From Candidatus Woesearchaeota archaeon (GTDB lineage: Archaea; Nanobdellota; Nanobdellia; Woesearchaeales; WJKL01): a DNA stretch of 35,204 nucleotides. This document shows positions 26,362 through 34,604 of the stretch, one piece after another. The position numbers and the translations under genes are program-made. Numbering within the stretch: the first letter of the stretch is position 1; every line of letters begins with the position of its first letter. The stretch lies in assembly GCA_014729145.1 (NCBI GenBank), contig WJKL01000031.1, positions 1 through 35,204 of the forward strand, in the 5' to 3' direction. The notes below the pieces were generated by a model. That model had not been told where the DNA came from. It made no database searches and saw nothing but the letters and a program-made list of their open reading frames with translations.

Positions 26362-26473
26362 TCTTATCATCCTCCGATCTTATAGAAGGAGCACTAATTA
26401 ATCTATCATACCAGGAAATTTTTCTTTCTTATTTATTTGATGAATGATAAACATTAAATGCCCCTCTGATTAT

Positions 26474-26560
26474 AGAATATAGAACAAAACTAACTTTACT
26501 TTTATTTAAATCCAAAACTGAACTTAATGATAAAAATGATAATTTAATGTTCTATATTCT
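26474..26560. repeat. 13-bp perfect inverted repeat flanking a 61-bp, very AT-rich spacer.
   Basis: AGAATATAGAACA (26474-26486) and TGTTCTATATTCT (26548-26560) are exact reverse complements. Confidence 0.8.
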
Positions 26561-26586
26561 TTTAAATAATTATTAAAGGTATTTGT

Positions 26587-26659
26587 GGCCCGCAAAATAT
26601 CTCCCAAGCTCATTGCTTGGCTTAGCCGTAAGCTCCATTGAGTAACTCTCATACGGGCC
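26587..26659 (+). ncRNA. Candidate small structured RNA (73 nt, closed by a terminal helix with three internal hairpins). Identity is unknown and the strand is uncertain.
   Basis: GGCCCG (26587-26592) pairs with CGGGCC (26654-26659). Internal hairpins are CCAAGC-TCATT-GCTTGG, GCTTA-GCCG-TAAGC and GAG-TAA-CTC. It is a local GC island. TTTTAAATA lies about 25 nt upstream and a T7 run lies 12 nt downstream on the + strand. Confidence 0.35.
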
Positions 26660-27074
26660 TTAATATGTTTTTTTGAGCTTAGATAAGCTAAAAGTAACAT
26701 ATTAATATAATAAGTATAGTGAAGGATATTTATAAAGATTTGCTTTTTTTATTTTGAAAAGAAGAACCCTAGCAAAGCAGAAAAAGCCTTGCCAGGGAAA
26801 GGGGGTTTTATCCGAATTGCTTCGAATAGTATTTTAAACCCCTCAAATGCCTTAAAAAGACATTTAAGGGGAAAAGAGGTGTTTAGATAAATATTAAAGG
26901 TTTATTTGGACTTCAATATTGTAAATAAGGGATTTAGAATCAACCCCTTATTTGTTACTATTAAGTAGGAATAGGTTATATATAAATGTTTCTATTTTAA
27001 ACCACTTGTAAGTAGTCATTTCTGCTATAAACTAAGGGAGAAGCTTTAAATAGGGATGGTTTTTAATCTATATC

Positions 27075-27638
27075 ATGAACCCCCCAGAAGAGTACCGTTA
27101 TGAACTTAAGATACCAAAAGAAAGAATAGCAGTTCTTATTGGTGTGAAAGGAAAAGTAAAGAAAGATATAGAAAAAGAAACAAATACAAACATTGATGTT
27201 GATTCTAAAGAGGGCGATGTCTTTATTTCAGGAAAAGACGCTCTTAGTTTATTTAAAGCAAGAGAGATTGTAAAGGCAATCGGAAGAGGGTTTAATCCTG
27301 ATATTGCCCTGTTTTTATTGAAACCAGACTATTGCTTTGAGATAATCGATATAGAAGATTATGTTAACGGCAAAAACCATCTTAAAAGAGTTAAAGGAAG
27401 GGTGATAGGAACAAAGGGAAAAGCAAGAAAGACTGTTGAAACTTTAACTGACTGCAATATTTCAGTATATGGAAGGACAATATCAATCATAGGAGATGTA
27501 GAAAATGTACAAAGGGCAAGAAAAGCAATCCAAAGGCTTCTTCAGGGATCAAAGCATGGAAATATTTATAAATGGTTAGAAAAAAGAAAGAAAGAAAGAG
27601 TTGAAGAAGAATTAACAGGAGGAATCAACAGTGGCTAA
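27075..27638 (+). CDS. Two-KH-domain RNA-binding protein (archaeal Dim2/Pno1 homolog).
   Basis: [24 protein letters not shown] and [21 protein letters not shown] (GxxG KH motifs), [32 protein letters not shown]. Confidence 0.85.
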   Translation: MNPPEEYRYELKIPKERIAVLIGVKGKVKKDIEKETNTNIDVDSKEGDVFISGKDALSLFKAREIVKAIGRGFNPDIALFLLKPDYCFEIIDIEDYVNGKNHLKRVKGRVIGTKGKARKTVETLTDCNISVYGRTISIIGDVENVQRARKAIQRLLQGSKHGNIYKWLEKRKKERVEEELTGGINSG

Positions 27639-29427
27639 AAAGAAAGGAAAAAAGAGGCAGACAAAAAAATCTACAAATTCTAATAAAAAAAGGCCAATAG
27701 CTCACGAACTAGCAAAAAAACAGAGAGAGATATCTGTAGCTGAATTTTTTGAGAAGAATAGACATCTATTGGGATTTGACAATCCAAAGAAAGCTTTATT
27801 GACTACAGTCAAGGAGGCTGTTGACAATGCTTTGGATGCCTGTGAAGAAGCAAAGATACTTCCTGAGATAAATCTTCAGATAGTGGATTTGTCTTCAAAG
27901 CCAGAAGTTAAAAAAGAAGTGGAAGAGGGGCAGACAGTCCTGGTCACAGAAGAAACTGAAAAACCTGAAGATATAAAGCCTAAATATGAAGATAGATATC
28001 GTGTAATAATAGAAGACAATGGTCCGGGAATCGTCAAAAAACAGATCCCCAATATTTTTGCAAAATTATTATACGGAAGCAAGTTCCATACATTAAAGCA
28101 GAACAGAGGGCAGCAGGGAATAGGAATATCAGCTGCAGCACTGTACGGACAGTTAACAACTGGAAAGCCTGTCAGGATCACTTCAAAGATATCTCCAAAA
28201 TCTCCTGCACATTATTATGAACTCAAGATAGACACCCAAAAGAACAAGCCAGAGATTATCAAGGAAAAGAAAGTAGAATGGAATAAAGAGCACGGAACAA
28301 AGATAGAGATAGATTTGGAAGGAAAATACCAGTCAGGGGGAAAAAGTGTTGACAGGTATCTTAAGCAGACAGCAATCGCGAACCCTCATGTAACAATAAT
28401 ATATGCGAGTCCTCAGGCAAAGCAGATGGTATTTCCAAGTGCAGTTAAAGAGCTTCCTGAAGAATCAAAAGAGATAAAACCCCATCCTCTTGGTGTTGAG
28501 CTTGGAAGAATGATAAAGATGCTTAATATCACAAAAGCAAGGACAGTTGCAAGTTTTCTTCATTCTGATTTTTCAAGAGTCGGAAGCGGCACAGCGAAAA
28601 AGATATGTGAGAATGCTTCTGTGCCTCCTAAGACAAAACCCAAGAAAGCAACAAGGGAGATGGCAGAGAGAATAGTTCATGGAATAAAAAAGACACGGAT
28701 CATGAACCCTCCAACAAACTGCATCTCTCCAATAGGGGCTGAGGCACTAGAGAAAGGTCTTAAAAAAGAGATCAAGGCTGAATTTTATGCTGCAGTTACA
28801 CGATCTCCTGCTGTATACAGAGGAAATCCTTTTGTTATCGAAGCAGGGGTTGCTTATGGAGGAGAGCAGAACCCTGAAGGAAAATCCAAAGTTTTAAGAT
28901 TTGCCAACAGAGTGCCTTTGCTATACCAGCCGGGAGGCTGTGCAGTAACTCAATCTATCTCAGAGACAAACTGGAGAAGCTACGGCTTATCACAATCAAG
29001 AGGTTCTTTGCCGCAGGGGCCATGTACAATAGTAGTACATATCGCATCTGTTTGGGTTCCTTTTACTTCTGAATCAAAAGAGGCGATTGCTCATTATCCT
29101 GAGATCGTAAAAGAGATCAAACTTGCTGTGCAGGAATGCGGAAGGAAACTTTCAAGTTATGTAAGAAAGAAAAAAAAGATTGTTGCTGAAAAAAAGAAAA
29201 GGGATTATATTGAAACTTATATTCCTCATATAGGGGATGCTTTAAAAGAGCTGCTTAGCCTTAAGGTTAAAGACAAAAAAAAGGTTGAAAAGCTTTTAAA
29301 GAAAATATTAGAGAAAAAAAGAGGGAAATTAAAGAATATTAAAGTCCATAAGGCAGATTTTGATGAAAATCTAGCCTTGGAAGGAGACAAGAAAAATGCC
29401 AGGAAAAAAGAAAAGAAAGAAGAGTGA
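27631..29427 (+). CDS. top6B: DNA topoisomerase VI subunit B.
   Basis: [32 protein letters not shown] (Bergerat fold N box), [17 protein letters not shown]...[22 protein letters not shown]. It uses a GTG start with AGGAGG upstream and overlaps the KH gene by 8 nt. Confidence 0.93.
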   Translation: MAKKKGKKRQTKKSTNSNKKRPIAHELAKKQREISVAEFFEKNRHLLGFDNPKKALLTTVKEAVDNALDACEEAKILPEINLQIVDLSSKPEVKKEVEEGQTVLVTEETEKPEDIKPKYEDRYRVIIEDNGPGIVKKQIPNIFAKLLYGSKFHTLKQNRGQQGIGISAAALYGQLTTGKPVRITSKISPKSPAHYYELKIDTQKNKPEIIKEKKVEWNKEHGTKIEIDLEGKYQSGGKSVDRYLKQTAIANPHVTIIYASPQAKQMVFPSAVKELPEESKEIKPHPLGVELGRMIKMLNITKARTVASFLHSDFSRVGSGTAKKICENASVPPKTKPKKATREMAERIVHGIKKTRIMNPPTNCISPIGAEALEKGLKKEIKAEFYAAVTRSPAVYRGNPFVIEAGVAYGGEQNPEGKSKVLRFANRVPLLYQPGGCAVTQSISETNWRSYGLSQSRGSLPQGPCTIVVHIASVWVPFTSESKEAIAHYPEIVKEIKLAVQECGRKLSSYVRKKKKIVAEKKKRDYIETYIPHIGDALKELLSLKVKDKKKVEKLLKKILEKKRGKLKNIKVHKADFDENLALEGDKKNARKKEKKEE

Positions 29428-30502
29428 TGTATCTTCTGAGATAAAGAAAGTTGCAAAAGGAGTTTACAGTAAGATCCTTAAAAAGAAACAGCCAGAGCTG
29501 GAATCGCCTTTAAGAAGCTTAAGCAATGTTGAATACAATTCAGACGACGGATATTTTGAGCTGTCAGGAAAGACAAAAAAGAGAACACTAACTGCAGCAA
29601 GCGCAAAGACATTTGCCCAGATACTGAGGATGATGTCTTTGAGCAAGAACTTGATTGAAAAGGATGACATAGCATCAAAAAGAGAGGCTTATTATATATC
29701 TAAAAACTGGGATGAAGCAAGATTCAAGGAACAGCCTGAATCAGACTCAGCAATGGATGATATCGAAGCGATGATGATGGTTAACAGAGAGCAGCTGGGA
29801 TTTATTCCAGAAGAAAAAGGGGGAGAGGTTGCAGGAAAATTAAAGGTAATTGATAAAGATCCTGATACAGGAAAACAACTTAAGATTGACTGCACTAAAT
29901 TTGGAAGTGGAGCTTATTCAATTCCTATATCTGTTGAGCATCTTAAATTCGAAACAAAGGCAAAGTTTGTTCTGGCAATCGAAACAGCAGGTATGTTCCA
30001 AAGGCTTGTAAAGCACAAGTACTGGAAGAAGGCAAATTGTATCTTGGTCTCGATGGGAGGGGTTCCTACAAGGGCATGCAGAAGATTTATCAGGAAGCTA
30101 AGTGAAGACAAAAAGATCCCTGTTTATGTGTTTACAGACGGAGATCCTTATGGGTATGGAAGCATCTACAGGACATTGAAAGTTGGCTCAGGGAATGCTG
30201 CACATATAAATGAATTTTTCTGTGTTCCTAATGCACATTTTATAGGAATAACACCGCAGGATATAGAAGAATACAAGCTTCCGACACACCCTTTGAAAGA
30301 TGTTGATATCAAGAAGATAAAAGATTTGTTAAAGAATGATCCTTTTATCCAGCATCATGCAAAATGGAAAAAAGCACTGAAGAAATTAAAAGCAATGAAA
30401 GTAAGGGCAGAACAGCAGGCTCTTGCAAAGCACGGATTGAATTTTGTAATATCTGATTATCTACCGAAAAAAATAAAAAATAGAAAGACTTGGTTACCTT
30501 AG
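29396..30502 (+). CDS. top6A: DNA topoisomerase VI subunit A (Spo11 family).
   Basis: [10 protein letters not shown] (catalytic Tyr region), [42 protein letters not shown]-type TOPRIM ([13 protein letters not shown]). It overlaps top6B by 32 nt. Confidence 0.93.
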   Translation: MPGKKKRKKSDVSSEIKKVAKGVYSKILKKKQPELESPLRSLSNVEYNSDDGYFELSGKTKKRTLTAASAKTFAQILRMMSLSKNLIEKDDIASKREAYYISKNWDEARFKEQPESDSAMDDIEAMMMVNREQLGFIPEEKGGEVAGKLKVIDKDPDTGKQLKIDCTKFGSGAYSIPISVEHLKFETKAKFVLAIETAGMFQRLVKHKYWKKANCILVSMGGVPTRACRRFIRKLSEDKKIPVYVFTDGDPYGYGSIYRTLKVGSGNAAHINEFFCVPNAHFIGITPQDIEEYKLPTHPLKDVDIKKIKDLLKNDPFIQHHAKWKKALKKLKAMKVRAEQQALAKHGLNFVISDYLPKKIKNRKTWLP

Positions 30503-30572
30503 AAAGTTTTTGAAACTATTTGAAAAGTTTGTTTTCAAAAGTTTTTTATACTAATTTTAAGTTCTTTAGTAT

Positions 30573-31031
30573 ATGGGGGAATTATCTGATTACGATATAA
30601 AGAAAGTAATCTTATTTATAGGAATTTTTTTAGTGATTATCATTTCTGTACTGATTTATCCTATTGAAGTGCATCCAATTGAGTTTCCTGCCAAAGTTTA
30701 TGTATCTGACAAGCCAAATTTTATAGATATAAAGAATGAGGGAGAGAGAGATGCGCTTGACTTTGGAGGGGTATCTCCAGGATATAAGATAGAGAAGTTC
30801 ATCAATCTTGACATTGGAAGCGAGAGTCCCCCCGCAAAAGTAAGCTTTAAGGTAGAAGGAAATATAGAACAGTTTATCGAGATACCTTCAGGATCTTTTG
30901 TGATAACAGAGCCAGTGAATGTAAGTGTGTATGCAAACATTCCAAAGAGAACAAAACCAGGATATTACAGCGGAAAGGTAACTGTAAAATATAGTCTTAG
31001 CTTGTGGAGAAAATTTCTTAATCTTTTTTAG
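30573..31031 (+). CDS. Membrane-anchored (N-terminal TM) beta-sandwich envelope protein.
   Basis: The TM helix is VILFIGIFLVIIISVLIYPI. A beta-rich domain follows and ends in KPGYYSGKVTVKY. Confidence 0.55.
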   Translation: MGELSDYDIKKVILFIGIFLVIIISVLIYPIEVHPIEFPAKVYVSDKPNFIDIKNEGERDALDFGGVSPGYKIEKFINLDIGSESPPAKVSFKVEGNIEQFIEIPSGSFVITEPVNVSVYANIPKRTKPGYYSGKVTVKYSLSLWRKFLNLF

Positions 31032-32118
31032 ATCTTCTGATAATCAATATCACTGATAATATTAAACTGATCATTGCTGAGATTATGTAAATCGGAAGTT
31101 TATTTATAAAGATAAGATTAGAATATATTTTTTCATCTTCTGCATCTATGATTGTGAGTTTTACTTTTTCAGAATTATTTATCTCTATCTTTTGATTTTC
31201 TTTTGGGAAAAGGATGATTTCAATATTTTCATTTTCTTCGGATTTTAATGAGAAGAATGACTTGTAGTAATCAACTGTCAAGGTATTGTAGCTGATCTTA
31301 TTGTCAAGGTCTATTATCTCTGTGGAGAGCTTTTTATCTTTGATCGTGTTTTTTATGTCAAGGTCATTTTTAAGATATGTTGTGTTGAACTCAATTATGG
31401 ACTGCGACAAGATATCATTCTTCTTGTCATAGATAAAAAATGGAATTATGTATCTGTCTTCTTTTATATTTGGGATAAATATCTGGAAATTTAATTTTGT
31501 CTCCTGTTCTGGATCAAGGCTTTCTATGAATTGAGTTCCTGTATGTCGATGAGTTGAGAATATGTAGATGTTTTCTAATTTGTTATCTAGATTATTTTTG
31601 ATATCAAACTGGATGTTGTTAAGCTGCCCTATCTCGAGACTATTCTTTGAAGACAAAGAAATCTTTTTTGTTGACTGCGATTCTTTGTTTCTGTAGATTA
31701 TGCCAAATTCATATTCTTCAGATGTTATGTTTTGCTTTAAATCAGTGGAGATTATATTAAACTTAAGTTTGCTGCTTTGTTTAAGATGGTTAGTTGGGAT
31801 AGCTATACTTTTGGTTATTGTTTCTAAAGGGGATATCATACCAATAGAGGACATATGCTCTTTGTTTCCAATTTCTGACTGGATGTATGAATATACTTTT
31901 TGATTTCCCTTATTTTCAAGGTTTACTGAGATTATTATGGGTTCATTCTGGACTGCTTCTTTATTCAACAGATGTGCTGAACTTTCTATCAATACCTCTT
32001 TTGGAACATTTGCTTTGACATTAATAGACCAAGCGCAACATAATGTTGATGCAAGGATTATTGATAAAATTAAAAGAATAATCTTGATTTTCATACAATA
32101 TTCTAGCTTTTTAATCAT
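31018..32118 (-). CDS. Surface protein with a signal peptide, repeated CARDB-like beta-sandwich modules and a C-terminal TM anchor.
   Basis: MKIKIILLILSIILASTLCCAWS (the likely true start is M9 at 32094), EPIIISVNLENKGNQKVY-type strands, and the C-terminal anchor LPIYIISAMISLILSVILIIRRSKKD. Confidence 0.6.
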   Translation of the reverse strand: MIKKLEYCMKIKIILLILSIILASTLCCAWSINVKANVPKEVLIESSAHLLNKEAVQNEPIIISVNLENKGNQKVYSYIQSEIGNKEHMSSIGMISPLETITKSIAIPTNHLKQSSKLKFNIISTDLKQNITSEEYEFGIIYRNKESQSTKKISLSSKNSLEIGQLNNIQFDIKNNLDNKLENIYIFSTHRHTGTQFIESLDPEQETKLNFQIFIPNIKEDRYIIPFFIYDKKNDILSQSIIEFNTTYLKNDLDIKNTIKDKKLSTEIIDLDNKISYNTLTVDYYKSFFSLKSEENENIEIILFPKENQKIEINNSEKVKLTIIDAEDEKIYSNLIFINKLPIYIISAMISLILSVILIIRRSKKD

Positions 32119-32146
32119 TTAATTATTTTACTAATTTGCACTGTAG

Positions 32147-32200
32147 GGAATCCTATGTGTGCGAATTCTTTATATGAGTAGAATACCATAATAGGATTCC
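32147..32200. promoter_or_regulatory. 10-bp perfect inverted repeat in the divergent promoter region of the surface genes.
   Basis: GGAATCCTAT (32147-32156) and ATAGGATTCC (32191-32200) are separated by a 34-nt spacer that contains TTTATATGA. Confidence 0.4.
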
Positions 32201-32302
32201 AGTATACAAAATAGTAACATTTATATATTAGTATATCCATAGTCATTGTATATCAATATTATCCAAAAAAAGATAATATTATTATCTAAAAAGAGGTGCT
32301 AC

Positions 32303-32782
32303 ATGAATAAAAAAATAGCAATGTTGATTGCAGTATTTGTAGTGGGAATTCTTCCTTTAGTTTTAGCCGATACAAGCGACCACGCATATACAGCTTCAGT
32401 AGGGACTGCTTCTAATATCATAATAACTGAGTTAGATACATCATTCAGTAACTGTGCTGTGGCTTCAAGCTGTGATCAAATAACAGACTCTTTAAATATC
32501 CAGAATACTGGAAACACTGCACCATCAACAGGAATAAGTGCTGCATTTACATCAGATGTTGGCGGAGTTTATGGACTTGTTGATGCGACAAACGTGATTC
32601 CTGGAACAAACTTTCAGATTAACAGCGTTGCTTTGACCGCAAACACTTCAACTACAGAAGTTGTTGCTGTTGGAAGTTTAGGAGCAGGAGCTGATTTAAA
32701 TGTTTCAGCCGATCTAAGTATTCCTGGAGGACAAGCGTCTGGAAGTTATAATGGGACAGTTCAGTTAAGCTGGACAGCATAA
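32303..32782 (+). CDS. Small secreted protein, rich in Thr/Ser/Ala/Gly/Asn and almost uncharged. Candidate surface-filament or envelope structural subunit.
   Basis: GAGGTG lies 6 nt upstream of ATG 32303; the track start at 32246 is a TTG. The Sec-type signal peptide is MNKKIAMLIAVFVVGILPLVLA|DT. The mature part has no Lys or Arg (its charged residues are about ten Asp, two Glu and one His), has two Cys (NCAVASSC) and ends in GSYNGTVQLSWTA. Confidence 0.65.
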   Translation: MNKKIAMLIAVFVVGILPLVLADTSDHAYTASVGTASNIIITELDTSFSNCAVASSCDQITDSLNIQNTGNTAPSTGISAAFTSDVGGVYGLVDATNVIPGTNFQINSVALTANTSTTEVVAVGSLGAGADLNVSADLSIPGGQASGSYNGTVQLSWTA

Positions 32783-32854
32783 AATTTTTTTTCTTTTGTT
32801 TACTTTTTTTAATTATACATAAATTTAAAAGGAAGTAGTGTTATTTTATCTGAT

Positions 32855-33979
32855 ATGGAAGGGATAAAATATCTTTCAATCCTGATATTAGCAATCTTGA
32901 TGTCTAGTTCTAGCTATGCACTAACTATGGAGCGTGCTGATTTTGGATATGCAAAACCAGGAGATAAGATTGTAAAAAATATACTTGTTGGGGCAGATAT
33001 AAGGGACAACACATACCTTATGGATGTTGAAGGAGATATTGCAGATTGGGTATCTGTGAGTCCAAAAGAAATATTTGTTGAAGCATATCATTCTGGAACT
33101 ATAACCCTTGTATTAGATGTTCCTTTAGATGTTGAAGGGGGCAGATATAATGGTTTGATAGTGGCTTCTGGATTGAAGTCAATAAGTTCTGGAGAGGGAG
33201 ATGCTGGAACAGGTTATCTTTTGCAGATAAAGTCTCTTGCAAAAGTTTATGTTACTCAGAATGAATCCCATCTTTCTATCCCTAAAGAAAAGATAGAAGC
33301 ATTGTCTATTCTTGAGCTTGATGCTGACCCTCTTGAAGCTGAAAAAGGAGAAGAAGTTAGGATAGATGTAAGAGTTATCAACAGCGGAACAGAAGATACA
33401 AGCGGTTCCGTCTTTATCGATGTCGAAAAGGAAGGAGAAGCTGTAGAGACATTGAGCACAGATCTTGCAAGATTGGGTGTTGCAGAGGAGAAGACAGTAA
33501 GTTTTTATCTGGATACATCTGATATAGGTGATGGATATTTTGAGATATATGCATCTGCTAAAGTTACAGGAAGCGGAGATGCTCCTAAAAGATACGGACC
33601 TGTTGATTTATTTGTTTCAGGAAAAGAATATCTTTCTGGATATAATATTGGACTTATATCGCTGATACTTCTGCTTATATTGATACTTATACTGTTATAT
33701 ATTAAGAGAGAAACTATCAAAGGATATGTGAAAAGAAAGAAAAATTATGATGTCAAGGCAGAGATAGAAAGGCTGACTGAACAGGAAAAGAGATTAAGGA
33801 AAGCAATAGCTGAGATAACAAAGAAAGTTGGGACAGGAGATGAACTTTTAGATTATATCAAAAATAATCTTAAGAAAGGGCACAGCACCGACGCTATTGA
33901 AGAAAAACTTATTAAGCATGGCGTTTCTAAAAATAAGATAAATCAAGCATTTAAGCGAATTCTGGATGATTTAAAGTAA
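32855..33979 (+). CDS. Type-I membrane surface protein with a signal peptide, two beta-sandwich (CARDB-like) domains, a TM helix and a short cytoplasmic helical domain.
   Basis: YLSILILAILMSSSSYA, GEEVRIDVRVINSGTEDTSGSVFIDVEKEG...EKTVSFYLD...GYFEIYASAKV, the TM helix IGLISLILLLILILILLYI, and the tail LKKGHSTDAIEEKLIKHGVSKNKINQAFKRI. Confidence 0.65.
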   Translation: MEGIKYLSILILAILMSSSSYALTMERADFGYAKPGDKIVKNILVGADIRDNTYLMDVEGDIADWVSVSPKEIFVEAYHSGTITLVLDVPLDVEGGRYNGLIVASGLKSISSGEGDAGTGYLLQIKSLAKVYVTQNESHLSIPKEKIEALSILELDADPLEAEKGEEVRIDVRVINSGTEDTSGSVFIDVEKEGEAVETLSTDLARLGVAEEKTVSFYLDTSDIGDGYFEIYASAKVTGSGDAPKRYGPVDLFVSGKEYLSGYNIGLISLILLLILILILLYIKRETIKGYVKRKKNYDVKAEIERLTEQEKRLRKAIAEITKKVGTGDELLDYIKNNLKKGHSTDAIEEKLIKHGVSKNKINQAFKRILDDLK

Positions 33980-33995
33980 GATTTATATATAATTA

Positions 33996-34080
33996 ACTTA
34001 CATATATAGATATATATCTGTATTTTTAGGTTTTTTTCTTAAAAAAGACTTACATATACAGAAAACTTACATACATATAG
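33996..34080 (+). promoter_or_regulatory. Three direct repeats, ACTTACATA(T/C)A..AG, upstream of the duplicated-HTH gene. They are candidate operator sites.
   Basis: The copies start at 33996, 34048 and 34065 (ACTTACATATATAG, ACTTACATATACAG, ACTTACATACATATAG). The last one ends 11 nt before the ATG at 34092. Confidence 0.5.
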
Positions 34081-34091
34081 AGAAATAGTTA

Positions 34092-34604
34092 ATGAGTAGA
34101 GTGAAAAAGAGGAAAAATAAAGAGAAAATAAGCTCTTTTCCTAGTTCTCAAGATATTGATATTGATAAATTAAAGTCTTTGTATTACAAACTTAAAGATT
34201 ATATAGAGACTATTGAGAAAAATTCTGGAGAGATTCCTGTGTCTATATTTAACAATAAATTAAGCTCTCTTGAGTCGATATCAAAGTATGCTGTTGAAAA
34301 TATGCAGTTGAGTTATGCTGAGATTAGCAAAATAATGAACAGAAGTGAGAAGACAATCTGGCAGGCTTATAAGAATGCTGTTGAGAAATATCCTTCAAGA
34401 TTTAAGGTTTTGAAATTTGCTGTGACTATTCCTTTATCTAAATTTTCTGATAGAAAATTAAGTGTATTAGAACATATTGTTGAATGGCTCAGAGAAAATT
34501 ATGATTTGAAATTTAGTGAAATTGCTAAGATGATTGCAAGAGATCCAAGAACAGTCTGGACAATTTATTCAAGAGTTAAAAAGAAGCATGAAACAAACAA
34601 ATAA
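34092..34604 (+). CDS. Putative transcription regulator with two tandem sigma-70-region-4/LuxR-like HTH repeats.
   Basis: There is an internal duplication. IPVSIFNNKLSSLESISKYAVENMQLSYAEISKIMNRSEKTIWQAYKNA aligns with IPLSKFSDRKLSVLEHIVEWLRENYDLKFSEIAKMIARDPRTVWTIYSRV. Confidence 0.55.
   Translation: MSRVKKRKNKEKISSFPSSQDIDIDKLKSLYYKLKDYIETIEKNSGEIPVSIFNNKLSSLESISKYAVENMQLSYAEISKIMNRSEKTIWQAYKNAVEKYPSRFKVLKFAVTIPLSKFSDRKLSVLEHIVEWLRENYDLKFSEIAKMIARDPRTVWTIYSRVKKKHETNK

Noticed and set aside
26438-26469. Possible C/D-box sRNA (TGATGA at 26438-26443 and CTGA at 26466-26469).
   Set aside because: Only one C-like and one D-like box are present, 22 nt apart. There are no C'/D' boxes or terminal stem, and the base before the C box is T rather than a purine. 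This is too short and incomplete for an archaeal C/D sRNA.
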